64,000 nucleotides of DNA, from NCBI GenBank assembly GCA_951406725.2, contig OX597832.1:38006001-38070000 (forward strand), in the 5' to 3' direction. The notes beneath the pieces are model-generated. The model saw only the letters and a list, made by a program, of their open reading frames with translations, did no database searches and had not been told where the DNA came from. Positions 11,611 through 24,694 of this stretch are shown here, piece after piece. Position 1 is the first letter of the stretch. Each line of letters opens with the position of its first letter. The translations under genes and the position numbers were made by a program. Origin of the DNA: Octopus vulgaris. Taxonomy: Eukaryota.

Positions 11611-14190
11611 TTTGAAGTTGCAATATTACAGGAAAACAATACAGCAAGTGAACCTCTATGCAGCTGCTATTATTGCTAAAACAACTGCCAGGTCTTTCTA
11701 AAACCACTTAAAAAATAATATTTAAAAAGAAAAGAATACACTACGCCTAAAAAACAGACAATCCAGCCATGACTGCCGTTGCTTGATTACCTTTACTCGC
11801 ATGGCTGTTCACTCACTGATAACTTTGTTCCTAAATAATAACGGAAGGAAGTTTGAGATAAGTGTACCTCATTGATAAATGCTAGCACAGTTGTAGATTG
11901 CCATGGTCTGTTCTGTTATAATCAATCACACGAATCAGGTAGATTAACCAATGACTAATAAGCACTGTTATTAATGACAGAAGCAAGCAGGGGTCCTTAA
12001 CAAAGAAACCTGACCGTCTGAACAATGCGAGGATCATTGAGAAAGTGCTGTGGTTACATACCTGCATCAGTATTAACGGGGAGGAAAACTAAAAACACAA
12101 ACAATTTTATCGATGATCCTGAAGCTGCTTTCAAGCAAATATATCGCTGACTCAGGAAACCAATGTTAAAAAGCTTTAAAATAACACACCTATACACAGG
12201 TGTTTTTAAGATACCCGTTTTATTATAATAAACAGTCCCATACCATTCTGGTATGGGACTGTCGTCACGTGGACTTAAATGAAGAGATCTCGATTTAAAT
12301 GTCCTACTCAAAAGACACAATAGAACGCCCGAATTAGAAATGTAAGCAAAGAGATTTGAACTTAGAGTCTCTGTGTTTATAATCCAACAGCCTATCCAAT
12401 CGGCTTTGGAATGCAATTGAATCAGGATAGATGTTTGTTTGAGGTGAGCATAGGGTAATTTGTAGGTAGCTAAAACACGAACATTGATATCAATATATAT
12501 GACACGATTTATCGAGGTCGACTTTGCCTTTCATCCTTTCGGGGTCGATGTAATCGACTTAATCCCTTTGTCTGTCCTTATTTGTCCTTTCTATGTTTAA
12601 CTCCTTGTGTGCAATAAAGAAATATATATATGATGATTTATCTCAGGAGACAGGTGATTTATACGAAAATTTGAGCAAGTCACCTATTCTGTCAGAAACA
12701 ACAACCAAATCACCCCAAAATTTACATTCTGCCATCTTAGAAAAAAGAAAGGAGGCATTAGCTTATGTAATTTGTGACACGACTTGCAAACCGATGACAT
12801 GGTCAAAGCTGGAACGTCGTTGATTAAGGGTCTGCTTAACTGTTCTATCAGGGTTAACCTGAGGCGAGATAAAAACCACTCGTTTATTTTGATTCTGTCC
12901 ACCGTAGAACTTTCTCCTACTGTTTTAGCTATTCGACTATGGCCATGCTGGGGCACAGCTTCGTCTACATAATCGCCCCCACCACACTCCGACCAAATGA
13001 GAAGCCACTAAGTGGTTATTTGAACTGCTTGAAATAGCGGTTAAATCTTCTTCAGAGTGCATTCCACCATTCAAATAGATTAAAAAAAATGGACGGAATG
13101 GTCATTGTCAGAGTGTCTTTCGTTCATAGGTGTTATCTATCAGTAAAGTCCTAGGGTTAAATACCACCACCATTACCACCATTACCACTACCACCACTAC
13201 AACCACCATTAGCGCCCCCACTACCACAACTATTACCACCACCACTACTACTACTACCGCCACCACCACCACCATCACTGCCAGTACCACCAGCATCAGC
13301 ACGACCAGCATCAGTACCACTACACCACTACCAACAGCAGCAACCCCAACACCAGCACCACCACCCCAACATCACCAGCATCAACACCACCACCAGCACT
13401 ACCACCATCACCACCACTAATACCCTATGTTATAAGACACAATAGGAACATTTATCTGAAATCCAAACAAGGAAGCAGAGGCGACCCCCACCCCTACCAA
13501 AAAAAACCCCAAAAAAACAAAAAACAAAAAAAACTTCGTCCTGAGGACTTTGGCGTGCTGGATTATTTCGTTTAAGTATCAGGAAGAGGAACGAAAAGAA
13601 TGACATTATGAGTGTCCCCTGCAGTCAAGGAAGATTATTCTTGTGGAGATGGATGGCTGTGGGTGAGGCGTTTAGCATGGAATGGACTTCTTGTGTAAGA
13701 GTTTCGTATCAATGTGCGAGAAGATTAATTAAGAGGAAGTGAATCGTTGCCCATCGTCTGCAGCTCAAAGTCAATTCGCTGAGAGGGAACGTTTCCAGGT
13801 AACCCGATACTTATTCACGAGATAGTTGAGCGAAGATAAGATCGTATAAAATGTCCTGCTCAGAATCATGTTGGAAGTCCTGAAATGTATTCGGCCTGAT
13901 TCGTGCTTAGGGAACCCCAGCACTTTGTACATGCAGCTATCTTTCTAAAACAATAGAAAAAAAAATAAATAATATGATATGGTTACAAATATTCACAAAA
14001 ATAGCCAAAAATATATCTTAATATAATAAAGGAATTACTATAAGATACTCTGAGTAAAACCAAAATCAACTGGTGTCACTAAAATGTATAGACTCAAGGG
14101 ACAATTCCGTTGATATATCGTTAGAAAATCAACGAAACAATTACGCAGCTAGTGAGTGGTTATTCTAGAGATTAATCAGTCCATCACCTA

Positions 14191-14484
14191 AAATTGTTGT
14201 TGTTGTTTGTTCCTTCTCGAACCATGCCTGGCTCATAAGGGCCGGTTTCCCGGTTTCCTTGGCATATAGGTTCCCCACCTGAACGGGACACCGGTCCGTC
14301 GCAGGTGAGCTGCAAGATGCAGGAGGAAAAGAGTGAGAGAAAGTTGTGGCAAAAGAGTCAGCAGAAGTTCGCCATTACCTTCTACCTTTCGCTCATAAAC
14401 ACACACATCGTCCGGTCTGAGATTCGAACCCGCAATCCCTCGACCGCAAGTCCGCTGCTTTAACCACTAGTCCATGTGCCTCCA
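14191..14484 (-). mobile_element. tRNA-derived SINE with (CAA)n tail and 9-bp TSD
   Basis: TSD catcaccta at 14182-14190 and 14485-14493. Near-identical to 58534-58848 apart from an internal deletion. Confidence 0.9.
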
Positions 14485-14617
14485 CATCACCTATGTATGT
14501 ATGTATGCATGTATGCATGTATGTACGTATGTATGCATGCATGCATGTCTGTATGTATGTGTGTGTATGTATGTATATATATGTATGTATGTTTATTTAC
14601 AAACACACACACACACA

Positions 14618-14657
<40 letters not shown>

Positions 14658-14700
14658 CGTCTCTCCGCTTTCTTTCTGTCTCTATATATATGTATAGGAA

Positions 14701-14763
<63 letters not shown>

Positions 14764-14910
14764 TACACACCTGTATATCTATGTGGTACACGTACCAGAC
14801 ACTGTCCTTTCTAAGTTTTTTTCCAATGTCATTTTGTTGAACATCATTTATGCATACATACATACATACTTACAAACGTTCACACATGCACACATACACA
14901 CACACACACA

Positions 14911-14964
<54 letters not shown>

Positions 14965-15477
14965 AGGGAGAGAGAGAGCTAGAAAACGTTATCTGTCATG
15001 TGACAATTAAGTTATGAACATACGTTTGCTACTGTAGTAAAAATATGTATTAATTACATCTGTACTTAATTGCTAATTAAAACGTATAATTGTTATTGGT
15101 AACATATTATTGCAATGATGTAATTTAGAAATTTGTTTCGACCATATTTTAATTTGATGAGCATTTCATGTTGATTATTCATTTCGTTGTTTTGTTGACG
15201 CATTTAAACGTTTGAAGATTGTAAAAAAATGTCATTATTGTACCTGTCTAATGTTACATGGTGATACCCATACTGGCCAAAGTACATACCCAACACTACC
15301 CATTCTACGATGGGTAATACAGTAGCTTATTTTATAAATGTACGTCCAACGGTCGGTAGCTCGACTGTGTAGAAGAGGGTGTAGGCGAGAGTTAGCGGGA
15401 CGTTGGATGCTGCCATTGGCCACTTTGAGTATTTCTCTTAAGTATTTCTCTCGTCGGACAGTTGCGATATATAGCCA

Positions 15478-15637
15478 AAAGTGTGACTGCGTGACAAAGA
15501 AATTTGCTCCCAAACCACATGGTTCTCGGTTCAGTCCACCTGCGTGGCATCCTGGGCAAGTGCCTTCTACTACAGCTTCAAGTCGACCAAAGCCTGATAA
15601 ATAGATTTGGTGGACAGAAACTGAAAGAAGCCCGATG
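15478..15637 (+). mobile_element. Degenerate tRNA-derived SINE 5' half
   Basis: ccacatggttctcggttcagtccacctgcgtggcatcctgggcaagtg, shared with the 42974 copy. Confidence 0.7.
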
Positions 15638-15702
15638 TATATACACACACACACTCACACACACTCACACACACATACATAGCAAAAGTATAAGAGGTAT
15701 TA

Positions 15703-16004
15703 TGGAGAAGTTCTTAAGCAGATCAGGCCGAAAATGTCGCTAGAAGCTAGGATCACCAAGCATAGATTGGCATATTTCGGTCATATTATGCGGAGAAAAT
15801 CCCTGGAGAAGGACATCATGCTCGGAATGGTCAGTGCCAAGAGAGGAAGAGGCTGACCAAGAACCCGCTGGCTTGACACCATCAAGGGTGATACCGGAAT
15901 GGACATAGCCAATCTGAAAGAAGCGGCCCAGGATAGAACTGACTGGAGGACACTGATCCAACGAGTAATCGAGAGTCGACTTCGACTGAGCGGATAGATA
16001 GATT

Positions 16005-16089
<85 letters not shown>
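15703..16089 (+). mobile_element. 5'-truncated RTE-clade (BovB-like) LINE with (GATA)n tail and 13-bp TSD
   Basis: Translates EVLKQIRPKMSLEARITKHRLAYFGHIMRRKSLEKDIMLGMVSAKRGRG*PRTRWLDTIK...AAQDRTDWRTLI...SRLRLSG*. TSD ataagaggtatta at 15690-15702 and 16090-16102. Confidence 0.92.
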
Positions 16090-16093
<4 letters not shown>

Positions 16094-16296
16094 GAGGTAT
16101 TAGTATCCAGAAGATCAAGGTAGCAGGTAGGGCCTATGTAAGTGCTATGGAAGGAACGTAGTTAAACTCTCGGTTTGGTAATAATACGAGTGAGGAGTCT
16201 AATGCGGGTCTTGTATGAGCAGCTTTATGTTAAATTAAATGAGACAACAAAGCCAAGGCTGTGTGGAATTTCAGGAAATTGATAAAGAGAAAGTTA

Positions 16297-16344
16297 GTCT
16301 TACAGCTGTTTCTGGGGTTTTAGGTATATCCCTTCTTCAGAGAC
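16297..16344 (-). ncRNA. Type-I hammerhead ribozyme
   Basis: Minus strand gtct-CTGAAGA(16340-16334)-aggg..cccca-GAAA(16312-16309)-cagctg-TA-agac. Stem I gtct/agac, palindromic stem III, GUA site. Confidence 0.75.
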
Positions 16345-16685
16345 GATGTGAGATGGTCACATAGAGTGAAATAGTAGAGTTTCAATATAGGGAATTATTT
16401 TGGAAAAGGATGGAAATAAGAAGCATAGGAGGAATATAAGAGAATAAAAGTAAAAATTAAGATATATGTAGGATGTTATAGTTGCAGTTCTTTTATTCAA
16501 GGAAAGTGGTAGAATAGGTAGAAATGTTTAATACCAATCGTGAAGGAGATATTGAACATCAACTTATGGTCCTGTACAAGTGAAGTCATAACATGGTTCC
16601 ATCTCTTAAATAACAAATGGCTGCCCGAGTGACCGTGGGCATGTGTGTGTGTGTGTGTGTGTATGTATATATATATATATGTATG

Positions 16686-16716
<31 letters not shown>

Positions 16717-16722
16717 GTATGT

Positions 16723-16770
<48 letters not shown>

Positions 16771-16775
16771 GTATG

Positions 16776-16817
<42 letters not shown>

Positions 16818-16854
16818 CACATACATATATACATATATAAATATCATATTATAT

Positions 16855-16923
<69 letters not shown>

Positions 16924-16927
<4 letters not shown>

Positions 16928-16996
16928 AATTTCCGTACTTACATGTTATAGGAACATAGATGCCCCATCTCTGGACGTGTGTACCTCTGTCTCTCT

Positions 16997-17027
<31 letters not shown>

Positions 17028-17601
17028 GCTATCTATCTATTTATCTATTTCGCCCTGCCAATATCTCGTTTATTTTTTCTTCTGCACACTCACACATATA
17101 TAATATGTGTATGCATAGGTGTATACGCATGAACATATGTATATACTAGCAGTATCGCCCGGCGTTGCTCGGGTTTGTAAGGGAAATAACTATAAAGCAT
17201 TTTTAGAGAGTTATAGCCAAAAAATAGCAAAGAAATGGGAAAAAAATGATGGTAAATTTTTTTGAGAGTTAAAAAAGGTCGAGTTGCGTCCCCTAGACAG
17301 TCTGTGGTTTGTGTTTCTGATTCTCGACCCCATGTCGAATTTATCGATTTTTTTCAGAACTGGGGGAACTTTTCAAAATTTCCGCTGCGTTAGTTTTGAA
17401 TTATGACATTGGGCTATGTGTGTGTCAAGTTTCATCAGAATCGGTTGAAAGCCGTGGTCAGGGTGAGGGTACAACCAAACAGACACACAGAAACACACAC
17501 AGACAAACTGCCGTTTATATAGAGAGAGATATACTACTCATGCATTCAGAAAGAAATATATCTGTGATTATACAATATACATAATTATACAGAGTGTATA
17601 C

Positions 17602-17647
<46 letters not shown>

Positions 17648-17939
17648 GTATACACTCTGTATAATTATGTATATTGTATAATCACAGATATATTTCTTTC
17701 TGAATGCATGAGTAGTATATATATACATATGTTCATGCGTATACACCTATGCATACACATATTATATATGTGTGAGTGTGCAGAAGAAAAAATAAACGAG
17801 ATATTGGCAGGGCGAAATAGATAAATAGATAGATAGCGAGAGAGAGAGAGAGAGAGAGAGACAGGGAGAGAGACAGAGGTACACACGTCCAGAGATGGGG
17901 CATCTATGTTCCTATAACATGTAAGTACGGAAATTCACA
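16924..17939. repeat. ~1-kb palindrome centred on (TA)n, left arm interrupted by a Helitron
   Basis: 16924-17145 plus 17530-17604 is the reverse complement of about 17645-17939. Confidence 0.95.
17146..17529 (-). mobile_element. Non-autonomous Helitron (384 bp)
   Basis: Minus strand starts TC (17529-17528) and ends CTAG (17149-17146). GC hairpin cccg..cggg at 17158-17173 lies 8 nt from CTAG. Inserted at A|T with no TSD, confirmed by the empty site in the other palindrome arm. Confidence 0.92.
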
Positions 17940-18184
17940 GTAAGGGATATAAACGGTTGACTGGGTAGCTGGACTGTGCGTGTGTAGGGGGTAGGGTGGG
18001 TGAGTGTAGAAATGGAGAGGGCGAAGCGGTAGCTCGACTGTGTCTGGGAGTCTGTGTGTATATGTGGGGGGGGGGGGGGGCAGGTTTCGAATGGGTAGCT
18101 GGACTGCTGAGTAGAGGGATGAGGTATGGGCCGGATGGATGCTGGGTGACGAAAAAAGGTAGCAGCAAGAACGACTGAACTACA

Positions 18185-18542
18185 GAAGACCACCACCACT
18201 ACTATGACTACCTTTACCATCACCACCATTACTACTACCACTACTACCATCATCATCACCATCACTAATACCATCATTACCACCACCATCACCACCCCCA
18301 CCACCATAGCAACCATCACAATTACTACTACTACTACTACCACCACCTTCACCGCCACCACCACCATCACCATCACCATCACCACCACCACCACAACCAC
18401 CACCAACACCACCAACACCATTACTACAACGAGCCTCAACACCACCTCCATTGCTACAACCCCTACTACCACCACCATCACCACAACTACTACTTGTACT
18501 ATTATCAGCACCAGCTCCCTACTCCTACTCCTACTGCTGCTG

Positions 18543-18599
<57 letters not shown>

Positions 18600-18600
18600 A
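18185..18600. repeat. Degenerate (CAC/CAT/TAC)n trinucleotide array
   Basis: Direct inspection; similar arrays at 8250-8380, 13160-13420 and 59650-60720. Confidence 0.9.
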
Positions 18601-19014
18601 TGCTTTTGAGGAAAGACAATGACGGCAACAACTAATATATTAACAATACCTCCAAAAAACAATTAAATCCTCGAAAGTTCATTTGTTAATGTGGAATATT
18701 CATGACTTAATTAACTCATTAATTATGTATGAGTTTCCGCTGTCTATTGACGGGTTGCACCACCCCGAAGTGTATGAGTTTCCGCTATCTAAAGACGGGT
18801 TGCACCACCCCGTATTGTATGCAACCAGTGCTAAGTACGCGCGAGGTCATTTCACACATTTGACACATCTGCAGTGTTTTACTCTTAATAATGTTACAAG
18901 CATTGCTAATTGCATAATAATTACTATTGCTGTAAATGTGGCATTAGCTGCATGGCATGATTGAGAGGAACTGAGAGGGAGCAACATGTGCAGATGGATA
19001 TATATATGTATATA

Positions 19015-19670
19015 TATATATGTGTATGTGTATAAGTATATATATGTGTGTGTATATATGCTTGTATATATCTATGCGTATACAAATGTATGTACGAATA
19101 CATCAATGTATGTACGAATGCGTCTATGTATTTACGAACGTATGTCTTAATTTATGTACGTATGAGTGAAGGCGTGTGGCCTAGCGGCTAGGCTGTTGCG
19201 CTCAGGATCGCTTGATCGTGGGTTCGATTCCCTGAGTGAGCGGCACGTGAGGTTCTTGAGCAAAACACTTCCTTTCGTGGTGTTCATATATGTGTGTGTA
19301 TAAATATATATGTGTGTGTATGCTTGTATATATGTATACGTGTACAAATGTATGTATGCATGTATGTACGTTTACATCCAAGTATGTACGAACGTATATC
19401 ATAATGTATGTACGCATGCGTGAAGTCGTGTGGCCTAGCGGCTAGGCTGTGGCGCTTATGATCGCTTGATCGTGGGTTCGATTCCTTGACTGAGTAGCGT
19501 GTAGGGTTCTTGAGCAAAACACTTCCTTTCATGTTGTTCCCATTTCGATCAGGGTAGAATGTTGGCTTGCTCGCTTAGCCAGCGGGGTGGCGTTATTTGA
19601 GGGCTAAAGCAATGCAAAAGCGCATTGTGACCAGCGTTGTACAATAACGTCTGACAGCCTTGTCGATCCT
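19015..19670 (+). mobile_element. CORE-like SINE head duplicated in tandem with its upstream flank (~250-bp period)
   Basis: cgtgtggcctagcggctaggctgt..gggttcgattcc..ttcttgagcaaaacacttcctttc at about 19173 and 19427. Confidence 0.75.
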
Positions 19671-20747
19671 ATGATGTACCTATGCATGTACGTATGTACG
19701 TATGCATGTGCACAAGTATGTATGTTCTAGAGTTACCCGTTCAGGAAAACATGATGAAGTCGCCGAAAATAAAATACTCAGTGTGCATATACGGGTTTGA
19801 AACATGTTTTATAAAATAGAGACTAACAAATTATGTTTTCGAATGAAGCAAAAACAATTTTTGTGGAACTCACTGTAAAAAACAAATTAGAGTGGTATTG
19901 CTCAGGTGTCGAAACCATAGGGATAACCATGGGGCAGCTGATGATGGAGGTGTGTTGGATTGTTTGTATCGCTGTTATTGTATGAGCGGAAAAGTTTTAT
20001 AAGACATACATCTGATGTGTGAGTGTGTGTGTGTGTGTGTGTGGGTGTTTGTGTGTGTAACCTTGTGTCTGTATTTGTCCTGTACCAGCGCTTCACAAAA
20101 AGATGAATATTAATGTTGTCAAGACAGTTCTTCGAGGCATTTGATGTCGTTGTTGTTATTCTTGTTTAACTCCAGGTTAACTCTGGTGCAGCCGACCAAC
20201 AATTGTATTCCAGTTGTGACTCTCCTATCTACAACTACAGTCCTTATTCAATTCGGTTAGGTGTGATTTAAGGGTGACGTAACTGTTATTTCAAGTCGGA
20301 TTGGCGGCAACGTTGACTTGCTAATGGGTGACGTTGCTAACAACAACTAAATCCCTGCTCTGTGCCTTAAAACGTTATCAACTGTTCCTTTAGTATTTCA
20401 GACACCATGTTGTGATATAACATTCCATTATGATATTTGTTAAAATTATTCGCAGCCTCTGGACTACTTGACAAGTTAAGCAGCTACTCCAGTGTTAATG
20501 CTGAGTCAGAAATTGTGTAAAGTACTTCTTATCTGGATGGAAGCCATCAGCAGCAAATAATCTTATGCCCAGTACATAAATTTACCTTTGACAATTCTTT
20601 CCTTGGTTCATGAGCCTTGTGAAAACACAGTAAAATCTCTGCTTTCTCATCTTATAATTACATACATAGATACTTACATGCATGCATGCATACATATGTG
20701 CATACATTCATCCCGTATATATCCATTAAAAAAAACTAAAAATTGGC

Positions 20748-20912
20748 GCCCCGTCGCTCACATCGACGAGGGTTCCAGTCGATCCGGTCAGCGGAGCAGC
20801 CTGCTCGTGGAATTAACCTGTAAGTATCAGAGCACTTCACAGAGAAGCACTCTTAACGTATTTCTGAGGGAGGTTCATCGTGACACAGAATGTGGCAAAG
20901 CCAGTCCTTTAA
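20748..20912 (-). mobile_element. SINE 3'-tail fragment (tail shared with the 9092 and 37166 elements)
   Basis: Reverse complement matches 37375-37540. Confidence 0.7.
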
Positions 20913-20962
20913 AATACATACATACATACATATACTTACATACACACATATATTATGTGTGT

Positions 20963-22121
20963 AGGGTGTCCTTCGCCCCACAAAAAATTGTATACACAAA
21001 TTTACAGCTAATAATTCAACCCTTCTTTCTTTTTAAAGTTAACACAGAACTAATGAAAGGAACCAGATTAAGCTTTGAGCAACGTAAAATTTATGTCAGT
21101 GTGCCAGTTGAAGATCGAAGACGAAGAGAAAGCGAAAAAGACAATTTAGAATGGAGTTTTGGAGCTTCAAACTGATCTGCATACACGACTACCCATCACT
21201 CGAGATAGGGGCGTGTTTGGAGCAGATGGAGCTTTTCAGAATATCCACAAGAAAGGTTCTGATAGACCTCGGACACTGGCGAGGTACTTCAAAAATATTG
21301 TCAGAGTCGAAGAAAAACCTGTGAGGCAAGTGAATCGTGAGATGGAAATTTCAAAATCAAACGATCATCGCATTTTGAAGTGTTGCTATTGGAAAGATTA
21401 CATTCCATGAGTAGTCCAAGCTCTCAGTGAAGGTGATACGAACTGGAGAGTGGAGTTTTGCGAGTGACAGTTGGAAAGATGTGTTGAAGATGCTCACTTT
21501 CGAACAAAAATTGTTTGACGTAATGAAATTACATGAAAAAAAAAAAGTAGCTCTATTCGACGCCAAAGTTGTACCAACAGAGGATCTGACATTCTGCATA
21601 TTACGGATTAACATCATGTTAATTTAGCAGTATGGTGCGGCTTATCTAAAGGATTAACAGAGCTATTTTTTATGATACTTTTACTGGTCTCATTTACTCG
21701 AACTTGATACTACGATTTGTCGAGCATTCAAGAGGACTTTGAAGATGTGGCGTTTTATTTTCATCAAAACGGGATCCACACTCACACACACTACCATAAT
21801 AATTTAAGGCCCTACATTGTTGAGAATTTATCAAACAGGTCGGTTGAACAAAGGGATTGAGCAGAGAATCCTACTCATTTATCGGACCTCACACGACTAG
21901 AGTTTTTTTTTTATGGGAATACTTAAAATATAGATTTTAAGGTACAAAGCTGGCAACAGTCGACAAATTGAGGGTAGCTATTGGACTTGAAGGCGGACAA
22001 ATACCGAACGAAATATTGTTGATGTTTACGATTCTATTACTTTGCGCTATGAGCAGGCCACAACGATTATCAATTTAAAAACAAGCATTCAATGTGTGTA
22101 TACATTTTCTGGGATAACCTG
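20963..22121 (+). mobile_element. Degraded Tc1/mariner-superfamily element (maT/rosa-like)
   Basis: Imperfect TIRs (agggtgtcc..caaaaaattgtatacac / gtgtatacattttctgggataacctg). Relic motifs FHQNG..H (cf. FQQDGAPPH) and SDLTRLEFF-LWEYLK (cf. SPDLTPLDFFLWGYLK). Confidence 0.75.
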
Positions 22122-22123
22122 AT

Positions 22124-22169
<46 letters not shown>

Positions 22170-22287
22170 CACATACAGTGCAATTTAAGACATGACTATA
22201 ATTAATGTTTTCATCAATGTCTGCAAAACTTCTTAAATTATCGAAGTAATTGTAAACAAGAAAATGCAATACCAGCTACTCAACTGT

Positions 22288-22336
<49 letters not shown>

Positions 22337-22939
22337 AATGAAATAATTTTAGCATTTTCAACTTTTTCAACAGCATATATTTTCGAAAGAATCTTTGGAA
22401 AAGTATCTTGAGTGGATCGCATGCAACGTCTTTGCGTGATTTAAGGGGGACTGTCGAGACAACATCAGTACCTGCTGTTAAGTTAGGCTAGAAAGCAATC
22501 CCCTAGAAACATATATACATAAAAACATAAGCACGTATGCATTCATAGATACGCACATACGTACACACTCACAAACGAGAATACACGTAGTTCGTGTAAT
22601 CAAATAGCAAATTCCATATTAGCACCAATTTGAAGAATCCACTGTCCAATTCGATACTCACTACTACAAATTGAATGTAGATTTAATCTTTTGCCAAATG
22701 TAAAACACGTGTTTCTACCTTAAAAGGCGTCATCAGTTCATTAAAATGCAGTTGTTCTTACGTCTCTTGACAATCAAATTGTATTTCGTATTTTTATTAG
22801 TATGATATGGGCAGTACCATGAGCAAGTGTCTTCTATTATTTCTCCGGGACGACCAATTGCCTTGTTAGTGAATATGATAGGCCGAACGTGTATGAAAGG
22901 CCACCGTATGTATGGATATATATATATATATATATATAT

Positions 22940-23100
22940 AATACAAAATGGGACAAGAACGCAAAACATTCGGACAACTAAGTGATACAAAAAGGGACAA
23001 CAAAACATCCAGATAGACGATGCAAAAAAACAAGTATGGGTCATTCGAAGCCTTTTATCCTCAGTCAAGAACCGGATCATCTTCGCAGTTTCGGCTGATA
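22940..23100 (-). mobile_element. Repeat fragment abutting (TA)n, probably PLE pseudo-LTR; second copy at 29725-29825 (+)
   Basis: Reverse-complement similarity between the two loci; ORFs share SSIWMF..LYHLVVRMFCVLVPFCI. Confidence 0.55.
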
Positions 23101-24072
23101 TATATATACGGTGGGCTTATATATGTATATCTATGAGTGTGCGCGTGTGCTCATATGTGTGTATGGGTTTGCGTGCATGCTTATATGTGAGTTTTTGTTT
23201 TTGTTGTTTATCCAATGTTTATCTGTTATGTGTGTGTGTGCGCGTGTGTGTGTGTGTGTGTGTGTGTTTGTAAGTGTGTGTGTGTAAGTGTATGTGTGTG
23301 TGTGTTCGCAAGGATATAAGTAAAGAAACACGCACCTTTACACACACATTGAGGCCCCACCCCCACACACACATGCACACACGCACACGCATATATGCAT
23401 GCATAGATACACATATATGAATACGCAAATAAAAACCCATGCGTGCATATGTGTATGCATATATTATGTATGGCTATACATCAACCCAAGCCAATTGCAT
23501 ATAACCGTGAGTACAGATGTCTATGCATCGTTGCATGCATGCTTAACTAAGGAATTAATTGGATATTTATTAATTAGTATCTGAAATCCTTGATATATAT
23601 TTGTAGTGTTTTGACAGAACATGGCGTATATACAAGTATATCATAACGCAACATCTATACACAAATACAAAATTAATATACATGCTGGAGAAGTGGAGGA
23701 GTATAAATAATGATTTAAATGCAACTATACACATACAGTTATATGTATGTGAACGTGTGCTTATTAATGACTATCATACAAATTGGCATTAATTAAATAT
23801 TATTAATTATAATTGAATCGTTGAGTACCTTAGAATAAAGTGCTCAGCAGCATGAGGCACAATACACACACACACACACACACACATTTCAAAAGGTAAT
23901 AGGTAGAGATTCTCAATGTAGAAAACACGTAGCAGTGCTCAAAGGATTTAAACTCACCCTAAATCTTTATCGAGGACCAGGGCCACGGGTTTAGGACTGG
24001 CTATAGGAGAATGCCTAGTGAGTTGATATGAATATATGAACATAGTGATGCAGATGAACACGATTGAGCTTC

Positions 24073-24124
<52 letters not shown>

Positions 24125-24358
24125 AGTATTTCATTATAGGGACAACTCTTCTGCGAAACGATCGTAAGATGCTTAAATAATTAATTAAAAACTTTTAAAC
24201 TATCAAATTTATTTTATGCATTATATCTATATTATTATATTTATTTATTTTATATATATTTTTAATACAATAAGTTTTCTCACACAAGTATATCTTTATG
24301 ATGAGTTTGGATATTAATTTCCTTATAATAATAATATATCATTAAAAAAATATATCTA

Positions 24359-24422
<64 letters not shown>

Positions 24423-24694
24423 CTTTTACTTGTTTCAGTCATAAGACAGCGGCCATTATTTGGGCACTGCTTTGAAGAAATTCGACACCGTAACTTACCT
24501 TCTAAAACTTGGTATTTATTCTATTGGTTTAAGTGATGGGAACGTAGACGCACCAACGCCAGTGGTCAAGCGGTCGTAGAGGACAAACACAAAGGCACAT
24601 ACACACATGTTACTGATTAGTCAGTACTTATATCACCTGTCACCCGATATATATATATATACATATACAATAGAACACACACACACACACACAC

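Noticed and set aside
13583-13798. Possible exon bounded by AG and CAG|GTAAC
   Set aside because: Stops in all three plus-strand frames.
18726-18812. 45-bp-period tandem duplication giving a repeated peptide YEFPLS.DGLHHP
   Set aside because: Two-copy local duplication; no splice or homology support for coding.
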